A stretch of DNA of 52,209 bases from Desulfonatronovibrionaceae bacterium. Lineage in GTDB: Bacteria > Desulfobacterota > Desulfovibrionia > Desulfovibrionales > Desulfonatronovibrionaceae. Made by a program: the position numbers and the translations under genes. This document shows, piece by piece, positions 31,194-41,060 of the stretch (position 1 is its first letter; each line of letters opens with the position of its first letter). The stretch spans positions 1-52,209 of the forward strand of contig JBKHGE010000012.1 of the NCBI GenBank assembly GCA_046539845.1, given 5' to 3'. Below the pieces are notes generated by a model, which did not search any database, was not told where the DNA came from, and saw only the letters and a program-made list of their open reading frames with translations.

Positions 31194-31523
31194 CTACAGC
31201 CGGATCTGCATCAATTCCTTATAGGCCTCCATGGCCTTGTTGCGCACTGCCGAGGTCATTTTCATGGCCAGGCCGGCCTTTTGCAGGGTAATCATCAATT
31301 CGTGCACATTCTGGTTCTCTCCGGAGGCAAAGGCCTTGATCTTTTCCCCACCCTCAAGCTGCCTCTCGTTTACCTGGGACAGGGAATCCTTGATGGTCTC
31401 GGAAAACGCCTTTTCCGCCTGTGCCTGGTCCTGGAGCTGCTCCGCCTGCAGTCCTGATTTCTCCTGGCCCAAAGAAAGGGCATTGGTATACGCCTTCATG
31501 GCTGCCGGGGTGATTGTGGACAT
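31194..31523 (-). CDS. fliE: Flagellar hook-basal body protein FliE
   Basis: VHELMITLQKA...VRNKAMEAYKELM motif. Confidence 0.93.
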   Translation of the reverse strand: MSTITPAAMKAYTNALSLGQEKSGLQAEQLQDQAQAEKAFSETIKDSLSQVNERQLEGGEKIKAFASGENQNVHELMITLQKAGLAMKMTSAVRNKAMEAYKELMQIRL

Positions 31524-31543
31524 AGTTACCTCTATTTAATATC

Positions 31544-31981
31544 CTAGCGGCCTATTTCCAAGGCCTTGTTGTACATCTCTTTGGCCGTGCTCACCGACTG
31601 GGCGTTGGCCTCATAGGTGCGCATAGCCGTCATCATATTGGCCATCTCCTCGACCACGTTGATATCCGGCATAAGTACATAACCGTCCTCGTTCGCATCC
31701 GGATGCCCCGGGTCGTAAACCTGTTTGAAGGGCCGGGGATCGTTTACCACCGACCTGGCCTTGACCCCGTCAATTTCCCGCTCCAAAGCGGAACGCATGG
31801 CCGAATCGAACGGGGAGTGCACCGGAGTGGACTCAAAGACCACGCTTTTGCGCTGATACGGACCGCCTTCCGGCGTCCTGGTGGTATTCACGTTAGCCAG
31901 ATTCATGGAGATGACATTCAGCTGCTTCCTTTCCGCCCTTAAGGCGGAAGCCCCGATATCAAATGCACTCATGAAATCCAT
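31544..31981 (-). CDS. flgC: Flagellar basal-body rod protein FlgC
   Basis: NLANVNTTRTPEGGPY, YDPGHPDA, VVEEMANMM and YEAN motifs. Confidence 0.96.
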   Translation of the reverse strand: MDFMSAFDIGASALRAERKQLNVISMNLANVNTTRTPEGGPYQRKSVVFESTPVHSPFDSAMRSALEREIDGVKARSVVNDPRPFKQVYDPGHPDANEDGYVLMPDINVVEEMANMMTAMRTYEANAQSVSTAKEMYNKALEIGR

Positions 31982-32391
31982 TACTTACTTCCCTCCCTGA
32001 TGACTTCCTGCATTCCGTTGAAATTGCTGTGCATGAGCTGCCCCAATGTCTTGTAGGCCAGGCTGTTCTTGGACATGACCGCCATCTCCTTATCCAAATC
32101 CACCCGATCCTCGCCCCGGACCACCCGGGGATCTATATCCTTTTGCAATTCGCCCTGGGTTTTCTCCGGATCGAAACCGGTGGGCATGTGTTTGGTATCG
32201 GTCTTGGTCAAGTGCCCCTGTTCGTTAAGCTGCAAAGACTTTTGCAGCTGCTCCTCGAATTCCAGCCGCTTGGCCTTGTACCCGGGGGTGTTTATATTGG
32301 CCAAGTTTGATGAGACAATATTTTGACGTTCGAGCCGCAGGTCCATAACATTGCCCATAAGCTGCACATGTTCGGGAAAAAGTGTCTTCAT
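31981..32391 (-). CDS. flgB: Flagellar basal-body rod protein FlgB
   Basis: SSNLANINTPGYKA and VDLDKEM motifs; SD GAGG before ATG 32391. Confidence 0.94.
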   Translation of the reverse strand: MKTLFPEHVQLMGNVMDLRLERQNIVSSNLANINTPGYKAKRLEFEEQLQKSLQLNEQGHLTKTDTKHMPTGFDPEKTQGELQKDIDPRVVRGEDRVDLDKEMAVMSKNSLAYKTLGQLMHSNFNGMQEVIREGSK

Positions 32392-32437
32392 GTCCTCTAC
32401 CTCACTGTCTTTGGTAATGTACGGTTTCAGTCGCTCA

Positions 32438-32453
32438 AGCAACTATCGTTCCA
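32438..32453 (-). promoter_or_regulatory. Sigma54 (-24/-12) promoter of the flgB operon
   Basis: Minus strand reads TGGAACG-ATAG-TTGCT, with exact GG-N10-GC spacing. Confidence 0.8.
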
Positions 32454-32519
32454 AAAGCCGGGAAAGCAGGATCCGCCGGATCAAGCAAACAGTTTTGCCG
32501 TTTGACCCTCCATTTAACG

Positions 32520-32535
32520 TGGCACGATCATTGCT
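32520..32535 (+). promoter_or_regulatory. Sigma54 (-24/-12) promoter of the TPR gene
   Basis: TGGCACG-ATCA-TTGCT, a consensus match. Confidence 0.82.
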
Positions 32536-32599
32536 TTAAAACCGGCAGGCGGAAAAACCAGCCGCAGTTACTGACCCTGAACGCACAAGGAGGAGAGGC

Positions 32600-33160
32600 A
32601 TGAACAGTCAACTGGACTACGAAATCAACAATGAACTGGGGGAATGCTACCTTTTCATGGGAGAGCTGGACAAGGCCCGTGATTACTATAATAAGGCGGC
32701 CGGCAGCAACGGTTCCCATCCTGACCCCTATCTCGGACTGGCCACCATTGAGGTCCAGGAAGGGAACCTGGAAAATGCCCGCAAGCTGTATGAAAAGGCG
32801 GCCAGGATCGTTGAAAACGACAAGTCATACGCCGGCATGGGCTTGATTGAGATGGAAAACGGCTCCAAAGAAGAGTCCTTCAAGCATTTCCTCAAGGCCC
32901 TGGAACTCAACCCGGAAAATATGATCGCCCTTTTCGGACTGGTTCAGGTGGGGCATATAATCGGTAAGATAGAAGAGACCCTGCCCTATCTTGAAAACTA
33001 TCTGCGTTTGGATCCGGACAACCACGATGTCCGCTATTCCCTGGCCGGAAGCCTGTATCAGCTGAACCGCCTGGAAGAGACCAGAGAAAATCTGGAGCGT
33101 ATTCTGGAATCCGACCCCGGCCACAAGGCCGCCCGGGAACTCATGGACCAGATCGGCTAG
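32600..33160 (+). CDS. Tetratricopeptide repeat protein (flagellar-cluster associated)
   Basis: Multiple TPR repeats (ELGECYLFMGELDKARDYY; ALELNPEN; LRLDPDN); SD AGGAGG. Confidence 0.88.
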   Translation: MNSQLDYEINNELGECYLFMGELDKARDYYNKAAGSNGSHPDPYLGLATIEVQEGNLENARKLYEKAARIVENDKSYAGMGLIEMENGSKEESFKHFLKALELNPENMIALFGLVQVGHIIGKIEETLPYLENYLRLDPDNHDVRYSLAGSLYQLNRLEETRENLERILESDPGHKAARELMDQIG

Positions 33161-33177
33161 CGTTCTCCTCCCCTCTG

Positions 33178-33213
33178 CCCGGCACTCAAATCCCGCGGGG
33201 TTTGAGTGCCGGG
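33178..33213. terminator. Strong hairpin between the convergent TPR gene and manC
   Basis: CCCGGCACTCAAA...TTTGAGTGCCGGG perfect 13-bp stem; no clear U-tract. Confidence 0.55.
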
Positions 33214-33244
33214 GATTTGATCCGTCTGCCGTCCGGAGTGTTCG

Positions 33245-34645
33245 TCAACACCTCCCGTAGACATCGTCAAAGCGGACGATATCGTCTTCCTCCAGATACG
33301 CTCCGTTTTGTATCTCAATGATCTCCACCGGGAGCTTACCCGGGTTGCCCAGCCTGTGTCTGGTGGCCTTGGGGATATCCACGGACTGGTTCTCGGACAA
33401 AAGCCTTTTTCCTTCGCCCACAAGCACCTCAGCGGTGCCGTTTATCACCACCCAGTGCTCGCTTCGGTGGTGATGCATCTGCAGGCTCAGGGTGGATCCG
33501 GGTTGCACAGTAAGCCTTTTTATCTTGTAGTACGGCCCTTCCTCCAGCACCGTGTAGCTCCCCCAGGGGCGGTGTACGGTCACGTGGGCCTCCACCAAGC
33601 GGCTATCCTCTTTTTTCAGGGTCTCGACCACATCCTTGACCTTCTGGACCTCGTCTCTGGCGCAGACCAGAGTAGCATCTCTGGTCTGGACCACCACTGC
33701 ATTTTCCAACCCCACAACGGCCAGCTTCCCGCCTGAGGAGAGCAGAAAGCTGTCCCGGCAGTCCAAGGCGAGCACATCCCCGCGCACCGCGCAACCGGCT
33801 CCGTCCTTGTCCCCCAGACGGTACAGAGCCTCCCAGTTTCCCAGGTCATCCCAGTCAAACCCGGCCGGGAGCACGGCCACCCGGTCCACTTTCTCCATTA
33901 TCCCGTAATCCACGGAGATATCCGGTATCTGGGCGTAGTCCTCCAGCATGCCGGACTCGTCATTTTCCCGCCACCATTTGTAAAGTTCGGGCTGATAGTC
34001 CTGTACCGCCTGCATAAGGCCCTGAATCGGAAAGACGAACATGCCGCTGTTCCAATAGTAGTTCCCGTCATTCAGGTATGCCTCGGCCTTTTCCTGATCC
34101 GGCTTTTCCACAAAAGCGCTTGCTTCCCTGGCCCCGCCTGAGATCTCCTCGCCCAATTCGATATACCCGTATCCGGTCTCTGCCTTGTACGGCTTGATCC
34201 CAAAAGTCACAAACCATTCGTCTGCGGCCAGCTTAAGGGCCTGGGTCATATCCGCCTTCCAGGCCTTTTTATCCCGGATCTGGTGGTCCGAGGGGAAGAC
34301 AGCCACGCTGTCCGCTTCCGGGTCCCGGGTTATACCCTTCAGGGCCAGAAGCACAGCCGGGAGGGTGTTGCGGCCCGTCGGTTCGCTCAGCACCCGGGAG
34401 TCCAGGGCCTCATCCAGTTCGGACAACTGGCTGCGAACCTCGAACATATGCTCCTCGTTGGTGACCACGTATATCCGCTCCGGGGGCAGGACATCCAAAA
34501 CTCTTTTCACGCTTTGCTGCAATAGGGTTGTATCTCCGTTCAGTTTCAGCAGCTGCTTGGGGAAAAGGGTCCTGGACATCGGCCACAGCCTGGTCCCGGC
34601 CCCTCCAGCCAAAATAATCGCGTACGCCCCGTCAATAGATTGCAT
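33245..34645 (-). CDS. manC: Mannose-1-phosphate guanylyltransferase / mannose-6-phosphate isomerase
   Basis: ILAGGAGTRLWPMSR, ETGYGYI, WNSGMF, WDDLG, RPWGSY and LQMHHHRSEHW motifs. Confidence 0.95.
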   Translation of the reverse strand: MQSIDGAYAIILAGGAGTRLWPMSRTLFPKQLLKLNGDTTLLQQSVKRVLDVLPPERIYVVTNEEHMFEVRSQLSELDEALDSRVLSEPTGRNTLPAVLLALKGITRDPEADSVAVFPSDHQIRDKKAWKADMTQALKLAADEWFVTFGIKPYKAETGYGYIELGEEISGGAREASAFVEKPDQEKAEAYLNDGNYYWNSGMFVFPIQGLMQAVQDYQPELYKWWRENDESGMLEDYAQIPDISVDYGIMEKVDRVAVLPAGFDWDDLGNWEALYRLGDKDGAGCAVRGDVLALDCRDSFLLSSGGKLAVVGLENAVVVQTRDATLVCARDEVQKVKDVVETLKKEDSRLVEAHVTVHRPWGSYTVLEEGPYYKIKRLTVQPGSTLSLQMHHHRSEHWVVINGTAEVLVGEGKRLLSENQSVDIPKATRHRLGNPGKLPVEIIEIQNGAYLEEDDIVRFDDVYGRC

Positions 34646-34693
34646 ATCCGTGCTCCGCTAGTTTTGAAGATTCTAGGCTTCCCGGTATGCCGT

Positions 34694-35260
34694 TCAAGCC
34701 CTTGCCCCGCCCCATGCAAACGGAGAGTTGAACTCGTGGTACGTGGGCAGCCCTTTGTCTTTACCGGAAAGAATAGGGTCGGTCAGGGGCCAGTCTATGC
34801 CCAAATCCGGGTCGGCGAAATATATCCCTCGTTCATACTCCGGGCTGTAAAATGCGCTTACCTTGTACATGAACTCCGTGTCCTTCTCCAGGACCTGGTA
34901 GCCGTGGGCGAACCCCTCCGGGATGAACATCTGGCGGAAATTGCTCGCGGAAAGCACGGTCCCGAACCATTTACCCCGGGTGGGGGAACCGGCCCGCAGG
35001 TCTACAACCACATCATAAACCGAGCCCTGGGTCACTCGGACCAGCTTGGCCTGGGCGGCCGGAGGGATCTGCAAATGTAAACCGCGCAAAACCCCTTTAC
35101 GCCTGGACAAGGCATGGTTATCCTGTACAAACACCGCCTTGATCCCGGCCCGCTCAAACTCGCGCCGGTTGTAGAATTCGGTGAAAAATCCCCGCTCGTC
35201 CTCGAATACCTGCGGCGTTATCACCACAAGACCGGGGAAGTCAGTTTTTTCAATATGCAT
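34694..35260 (-). CDS. rfbC: dTDP-4-dehydrorhamnose 3,5-epimerase
   Basis: DERGFF, FVQDN, GVLRGLH, DVVVDLR and IPEGFAHG motifs. Confidence 0.95.
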   Translation of the reverse strand: MHIEKTDFPGLVVITPQVFEDERGFFTEFYNRREFERAGIKAVFVQDNHALSRRKGVLRGLHLQIPPAAQAKLVRVTQGSVYDVVVDLRAGSPTRGKWFGTVLSASNFRQMFIPEGFAHGYQVLEKDTEFMYKVSAFYSPEYERGIYFADPDLGIDWPLTDPILSGKDKGLPTYHEFNSPFAWGGARA

Positions 35261-35334
35261 ACTACCTCCGTTGGATAACTTTCAGCGGCTGAAAGGGCAA
35301 GCCCGGACAAAAGGCTGTTGCCCGGGAATAGTTT

Positions 35335-36507
35335 ATGTTCGACCGTATCCAAAAACAGCTTGACAATTTGCAGTCCGAAAACAGCCTGCGCAGCATCCCC
35401 TCAAAGGTGGACCGCGGCGCCGACCTGTGGCTGGACTGCGGGCCCCAGAGATGCCTCAATCTGGCCTCAAACAATTACCTGGGCCTGGCCGCAGACCCCA
35501 GACTTAAAGAGGCCGCGATTCGGGCGATAAAAGAGCTGGGCACCTCCAGTGGGGCGTCCAGGCTGGTGAGCGGGCAATACCGACTCTACTCCGAGCTGGA
35601 AAGTACCACCGCCCGGTTCAAGGATCAGGAGTCCGCCTTGGTAGTCGGCTCCGGATACGCGGCCAACCTGAGCATCCTGACCGCCCTGGCCGGCCGTAAG
35701 ACCGCGGTCTTTTCCGACCGCCAAAATCACGCCAGTATTGTGGATGGCTGCATTCTGGCCAGATGCAAACAGATCCGCTACCGCCATCTGGACACGGATC
35801 ATTTGAGACACTTGCTCCATCATTACAAGGATCATGCCGAAAAAATCATAATCACCGACACCGTGTTCAGTATGGACGGGGACCTTGCCCCTCTCGAGGG
35901 ACTTATCCGTATGGCCCGGGACTCCGGAGCGCTATTGGTCGTTGACGAGGCCCATGCCACCGGGATCTTTGGAAAAGGCCGGGGACTGGCCGCAGAACTG
36001 GGAGTCGCCAACGAGGTGGATGTGCATATGGGCACTTTCAGCAAGGCTCTGGGCTCTCAGGGCGGATACATTGCTGCCCGCAGGGACATAATCCGGCTTA
36101 TCATTTCCAAGGCCCGGGCCTTTATCTATTCCACTGCCCTGCCTCCGGCGGTTATCGCGGCCAGCCTGGCCGCCCTGGAGCATGTACGGGACCACCCGGA
36201 AAAAGGGAAACGGCTCCTGCAAACCGCCCGAAACGTAGCCGGCTTTTTAAGGGAAACAGGCTTTGCCGCCGGACCGGGACACTCCCAGATCATTCCGGTT
36301 ATAATCGGCCCCAACCGGGAGACCTTGCAGGCTGCGGAGACCCTGAGGCATAGAGGAGTCTATGCCCCGGCCATCCGCCCCCCGACTGTCCCCCAAAACA
36401 CGGCCCGACTTCGTTTGTCTTTGCGTGCAGACCTATCCGACAAAGACGTGGACTTTTTAAAAAAGGCTTTTTTGAACTTATATTTTGGAGCCGGACCAAG
36501 TGGATGA
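35335..36507 (+). CDS. bioF: 8-amino-7-oxononanoate synthase
   Basis: [34 protein letters not shown] and AIRPPTVP motifs. Confidence 0.93.
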   Translation: MFDRIQKQLDNLQSENSLRSIPSKVDRGADLWLDCGPQRCLNLASNNYLGLAADPRLKEAAIRAIKELGTSSGASRLVSGQYRLYSELESTTARFKDQESALVVGSGYAANLSILTALAGRKTAVFSDRQNHASIVDGCILARCKQIRYRHLDTDHLRHLLHHYKDHAEKIIITDTVFSMDGDLAPLEGLIRMARDSGALLVVDEAHATGIFGKGRGLAAELGVANEVDVHMGTFSKALGSQGGYIAARRDIIRLIISKARAFIYSTALPPAVIAASLAALEHVRDHPEKGKRLLQTARNVAGFLRETGFAAGPGHSQIIPVIIGPNRETLQAAETLRHRGVYAPAIRPPTVPQNTARLRLSLRADLSDKDVDFLKKAFLNLYFGAGPSG

Positions 36508-37096
36508 AAACACCCTTTTTATCTCCGGTTGGGCCGGCCCGGGCTTCCTTTTTCCCGGTCTTACCCGCGATTGCGCTTTTGCTGCGCCGTTTCTGACCCA
36601 CTCCGCCCAGGGGATTGAGGACCTGCTGGGGGAAAATTTTTCCCGGGTCATCGCCTGGTCCACTGGCGCGCATATCGTCCTCAAGCACCCTGAGCTCTGG
36701 CCGGGAAAAAAAATCCTTCTTTTGGCCCCCTTTCTTCATCTGCCCCGCTCCGTACCGGATTGGGCGCTGCGTGATATGCAAAAGGGCATGCGCGAGAACC
36801 CGAAACAAATCATAAACTCCTTTTGGGCCAAATGCGGGATAAAGAATACCTGGGTTGAGAATATGGATTTTGAAAAGCTGGCGAAAGGGCTTGAATTTCT
36901 GCGCGAATCCAAGGCCGAGCTCCCTCAAAAACCGCCTGTGGGGATGACCCTGGTCCGGGCAAGCCGGGACCGCATAGTGTCCTTTAAAAAGGAAAAGAAG
37001 TACTGGCCTAAGGCCTGGCTGGATGGTCTTCACACCGCAGATTCGGGCCATTTCTTTCCGGAACAAGAGATATTGGGATGGACCGGTGAACAGTAG
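36500..37096 (+). CDS. Alpha/beta hydrolase, probable pimeloyl-ACP methyl ester esterase (BioH analogue)
   Basis: ISGWAG, nucleophile elbow AWSTG and C-terminal GHF; lies between bioF and bioC with overlapping ends. Confidence 0.65.
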   Translation: MDENTLFISGWAGPGFLFPGLTRDCAFAAPFLTHSAQGIEDLLGENFSRVIAWSTGAHIVLKHPELWPGKKILLLAPFLHLPRSVPDWALRDMQKGMRENPKQIINSFWAKCGIKNTWVENMDFEKLAKGLEFLRESKAELPQKPPVGMTLVRASRDRIVSFKKEKKYWPKAWLDGLHTADSGHFFPEQEILGWTGEQ

Positions 37097-37844
37097 AATA
37101 AGCAAAAACTTCGACAAAAGCGCCCGGACCTACCGAGACAGGTCCGGGCTGCAGAGAAATGTCGCGGCACGGTGTGTTGACCGTTTAAGAAATGAAGAAA
37201 ACGGACTGGTCCTGGAAATCGGGGCGGGCGGGGGTTTTGTCTTTGAAGAATTTTTGCGGCGACAAAAAAAGTATAGAAATTATCTGGCCCTGGATATCTC
37301 GGAAAAGATGCTCCGGCTCGCGCCAAAAAATGGACTGCACAAAATCAGGGCCGACGGAGAAGAGCTACCCTTTTCATCCCCGGTGTTCGATACCCTGTTG
37401 AGCTCCTCGACCATGCAATGGTTCAGTGCCCCGGAAAAATCGATCCCGGAATGCCTTCGCCTGGTCAAGAGCGCCGGATGGTTTTCCCTGGCTTTTTTTG
37501 TCGCCGGAACTTTCCCGGAAATGGCCCGGGCGGCAGAGGCTAGCGGATTCGGGACTGTACACGAGCTGCCCCGGGTGGAACCGTGCCTCGAGGCGGTAAA
37601 AAGGTTCTGCCCGGACGTGGAGCATGACACCAGCGAAAGAGCAGTCCACTATCCAAATCCGCTGGCCTTTTTAAAAAGCCACAAGCAAACCGGGGCAACC
37701 TGGACCAAAGGCCCCAAGCGCGCAAATAAAAAAGGGCTGAAAGATTTCTGTGCTTTTTATGCCGAAAACTTCCGTAATCAGGAAGGCGGAGTGATCGCCA
37801 CCTATAAGATACTCTATCTAAGCGGGAAAACTAAGCCTTCCTGA
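37086..37844 (+). CDS. bioC: Malonyl-ACP O-methyltransferase
   Basis: NFDKSARTY...LQ, VLEIGAGGG, LDIS, ADGEELP, SSSTMQW and ATY motifs; within the bio cluster. Confidence 0.85.
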   Translation: MNSRISKNFDKSARTYRDRSGLQRNVAARCVDRLRNEENGLVLEIGAGGGFVFEEFLRRQKKYRNYLALDISEKMLRLAPKNGLHKIRADGEELPFSSPVFDTLLSSSTMQWFSAPEKSIPECLRLVKSAGWFSLAFFVAGTFPEMARAAEASGFGTVHELPRVEPCLEAVKRFCPDVEHDTSERAVHYPNPLAFLKSHKQTGATWTKGPKRANKKGLKDFCAFYAENFRNQEGGVIATYKILYLSGKTKPS

Positions 37845-37872
37845 TCGCTTTTATCTATTCCGGTTCGCCCGC

Positions 37873-38169
37873 TCAATAATCATTCTCATTAGCTATGCGG
37901 CAGCCTTCACGGCATTCTTCTACCTCGACCGGATCATTCATGGTTTCCCCACAGCCCCATTTGCAATTGTCAAACGACTGCTGGCGGGCCTTGCCTCTCT
38001 CTATCCGATACTGCAGATAACCGTCACAGCCAATTTTTGTCGCCTGCTTGTCCATGCCCTTGCAGAAGTTATTATGCAGCACTTCCTTGAACCGTCCGGC
38101 ATAAGCCGGACTTAAACTGCCCAGGCAAAAAACCGCCAACAAAATAAGCACCAAAGACCTTCTGTGCAT
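37873..38169 (-). CDS. Small secreted cysteine-rich hypothetical protein
   Basis: Signal peptide ending in AYA; six Cys in the mature part, including two CxxxC; strong SD AAAGGAGGAGG. Confidence 0.75.
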   Translation of the reverse strand: MHRRSLVLILLAVFCLGSLSPAYAGRFKEVLHNNFCKGMDKQATKIGCDGYLQYRIERGKARQQSFDNCKWGCGETMNDPVEVEECREGCRIANENDY

Positions 38170-38412
38170 GACCTCCTCCTTTGTTCAAATTATTCAACCA
38201 ACCAAAAAGTCTGCCCTAAAATCCGCCCTCCACCGCCAACATAATTGGCAACCATCATCTTTAATTATTACAAAAAGCAATTATCCTGCCAATAAAAAAT
38301 CAAGGGGTCCTCGACGTTGGATGTGGATTTCATCCGCCTGATCCTTTTTGATGCTTTTAACGAGAGGCTCGAGCGTTTTCTTGCCCTTTAATATTAGATC
38401 GAAACCCCGCAC

Positions 38413-39018
38413 TCACTTGGCAGGGGGCCTTTGCATCCGCCCGAATGCAGCCATCCCCGCCAGAAAGGAGGCCCCCAAAACCACGACGGCCGTGCCTGCA
38501 AGCAATGCAGTCAGGCCTATTTCCAGGCCCATGCCGGCTATAAACAAGGCTGCTCCTGCCGGAAGCACTGCTTCGGCCAGGGGGAAGCCAAAAGCGGCCA
38601 TGGCCACCGCCGATCCCCGGTGAGAGGGAAAGTAGCGGGCTGCCGTGGTTATGCCCAAATGGCCCATATATCCCTGCCCCCCAAAGCGAATAAGGAAAAA
38701 GCCCGGGACCAGGAATATCCCGCTCGGGGCCAAGGCGATGCACAGGCAACCCGCTCCCAGGGCGAAAACGGCCAGGGTGGTCACCCGGGGCAGGGGCCAT
38801 TTGTCCGCCAGACCGCCCAGACGGAACAAAAAAACAGCACTTAAGACAGTAGCCCCGCTGTACAGACTTCCGTAAGCGGCATGGGACAGAGAAAAGGCGT
38901 GCCTGAGCTCTTCGCCCATAACCGAGACAAAAAAGGTCTGCCCGAAGCCGGAGGCGGCAATGGCCAAAAATGCATACCAGGCCAGCCTGGGATTGGTCCG
39001 GATAAAGGAAGGAATCAT
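38413..39018 (-). pseudogene. Half-length MFS transporter (about 6 TM), probably internally deleted
   Basis: MFS N-domain motifs (SGFGQTFFVS, GGLADKW, RFGGQG, ARYFPSHRGSA) but only 201 aa and no C-domain nearby. Confidence 0.6.
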
Positions 39019-39163
39019 AATAATACCCAATGTATTCGCCGGGCAGATGTGTCCCCGACGTACCCCCATGGCCGTTTATGCCGGGAAGCAGCCATGAAGC
39101 GCTGCATTTCCCCACCTGGGGTTTTCATAGGAATTTCGGCCCCGGAACAGGTTAGCCGGGGGC

Positions 39164-39523
39164 TTAGTCCCTTTTCCGCTGAAAACGCAACAGCGCAAGC
39201 AGATAGACCGCAACATTCACGGCCACCACCAGGCCGCCGAGGATTAACTGAACCTCCCGGGTCAAGCCCTCCGGATAGATGAGCGGCAGAAGATAGTACT
39301 CGATAAATCCGCCGGAATAGCCGCTTTCATAGGCCTCGTAGCGCAGCCTGATTTCCAGGGGTGTAAGCGGGCAGTACCACCCGAAAAACTCCACCAAAGC
39401 ACCCCACACTGCCGCCGGGAGGTGCAGAAAAACCGCCTTGGGCCATTTAAGCACCAGCAGTCCGCCCAAAACCACGAAGAGTATAAACGCAAAATGGAGG
39501 ACAACAACCGCGTCAGCCAGCAT
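39164..39523 (-). CDS. DUF2784 family membrane protein
   Basis: ADAVVVLHFAFILFVVLGG, HLPAAVWG, CPLTPLE and GFIEYYLLPLIYP motifs. Confidence 0.85.
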   Translation of the reverse strand: MLADAVVVLHFAFILFVVLGGLLVLKWPKAVFLHLPAAVWGALVEFFGWYCPLTPLEIRLRYEAYESGYSGGFIEYYLLPLIYPEGLTREVQLILGGLVVAVNVAVYLLALLRFQRKRD

Positions 39524-39668
39524 GGCACCTCATTAAAGTCTCCTTTACATATTATTCCGGCAAGTAAGACAAAAGCCGCCTACATCCCGGGATATTTTCC
39601 CCATCAGTTGTCCTCCGGGATACGTGCTTTTCCATGCCCGTGCTCGTTTATTTTTAAAACCGTCCCAA

Positions 39669-40667
39669 TCAAATGCCCAAGTCTTTCAATTCTAGACCCT
39701 TTTCCCGACAGGCGGCTAGCAATACTTCCTGCTCCACAAACCAGCCCCGTTTTCGGGCTATAGCAGCCAATTCCCGCGTCTGGTGCAATGAACACCTATC
39801 CGGCTCCATCTCTCGGCTGCCCTTCCACTCCGGAAGCATATCCTCAACTTTACGGACAGCCTCTTTGTCCGGAAAAAACCTTCCCTCTCGGCCACATTTC
39901 CGGGCCATATCCTCGAATATGTTCAGACCATCCATGTCCACATCCCCGAAATGTACCCAAGCACAATCAACAGGCAGAGCTCTCAGCCAGGACACGAGCA
40001 GACGCGAGGAATATCCTCCGCAATAAATCAACAATCCATCATCCAGGCCTATTTGCCTGAACGGCTCCAGATTCTCGCAAGTAACCACCCGGCGGATCGC
40101 TTTAAAATCAAAACCTGCCGGGCCTGCGCCCCCGAGGGGATCAATCAGAACCGAACCGGCCACATATGTGACCTCGGCCAGATCCAGTCCTGTTTCCTGA
40201 TGCGGACACGGGGAAAAGGCCTTCAGTTCCAGCCTGCCCCGGGACGGAACACCCGCCTGCCATATATTTTTCAGAACCGCGACCCGCCCGATGTGCTTGG
40301 AATCTCCGAATAGTTCAGCGCTCGCCTGCTGCATGAGGCCGGAAGATATACAACTTTTCCCGGCCTCGATCGCGCGGAGCAATCGCAGACATTCATCCGC
40401 GCGGGAATTTACGGCAACATCCAGGCCGATACTGGCGGCAAGATTTTCGGCATCTGCCTGCTTTTGGCGCTCCTGGGGACAATGCGTCTCGATCAATCCA
40501 AGCAATGTTTCCGGGTCCAAAAGTTCCACCCGGCTACTCTTTTTCTCCGCTATCCCTGCCCGGACCAATTTATCCAGATACGAACTAAATGGCCTTGTAC
40601 CCTGCTCCAAAAGAGCCTGCCAAGCCGAGCACAGCTTGAGCATATCTTTTTTGCCCTGATTATTCAT
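39669..40667 (-). CDS. jetD: Wadjet JetD/MksG-like Toprim nuclease (DUF2220-like)
   Basis: Toprim motifs VVTCENLEPF, LIYCGGY and HFGDVDMDGLNIF, plus FVEQE; last gene of the SMC operon. Confidence 0.75.
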   Translation of the reverse strand: MNNQGKKDMLKLCSAWQALLEQGTRPFSSYLDKLVRAGIAEKKSSRVELLDPETLLGLIETHCPQERQKQADAENLAASIGLDVAVNSRADECLRLLRAIEAGKSCISSGLMQQASAELFGDSKHIGRVAVLKNIWQAGVPSRGRLELKAFSPCPHQETGLDLAEVTYVAGSVLIDPLGGAGPAGFDFKAIRRVVTCENLEPFRQIGLDDGLLIYCGGYSSRLLVSWLRALPVDCAWVHFGDVDMDGLNIFEDMARKCGREGRFFPDKEAVRKVEDMLPEWKGSREMEPDRCSLHQTRELAAIARKRGWFVEQEVLLAACREKGLELKDLGI

Positions 40668-40703
40668 GACTACCGGCTACTCATCGTCCAAAATTTACCG
40701 GTT

Positions 40704-41060
40704 CTATCCATTTTTTTTGGCAAGCGTTTGTACCAACTTTTCAAGCTGATTGTGTAACTCGGGAATATTTTTATTTGCCGTAGTCCACACAATACGGATA
40801 TTCACCCCAAAGTATTCATGCACAATAACATTACGCATTCCCCGAATTACATCCCAGGGTATTTCCGGATGGGCAGCTGCAACTTCTTGCGGTATATGTG
40901 CAGACGCCTCCCCGATAACGGTTAACTGTCGGATTACCGCATCCATAGTCTTTTCATCATCGCAAAAATCATCAAAACTAAGACCATGAATATACGACTG
41001 TATCTTTCGGCTCGATTCAAGCATATCCCGGAGGCGAAATTGCCATTTCCTAGTCGACAT
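40704..41060 (-). CDS. HEPN ribonuclease toxin (HepT/DUF86 family)
   Basis: DAVIRQLTVIGEA, HPEIPW, RNVIVH (Rx4H motif), EYFG and IVW. Confidence 0.9.
   Translation of the reverse strand: MSTRKWQFRLRDMLESSRKIQSYIHGLSFDDFCDDEKTMDAVIRQLTVIGEASAHIPQEVAAAHPEIPWDVIRGMRNVIVHEYFGVNIRIVWTTANKNIPELHNQLEKLVQTLAKKNG

Noticed and set aside
32484..32500. Second sigma54-like site for flgB (CGGCAAAACTGTTTGCT on the minus strand)
   Set aside because: GG-to-GC spacing is 11 rather than 10; the site at 32438-32453 fits exactly.
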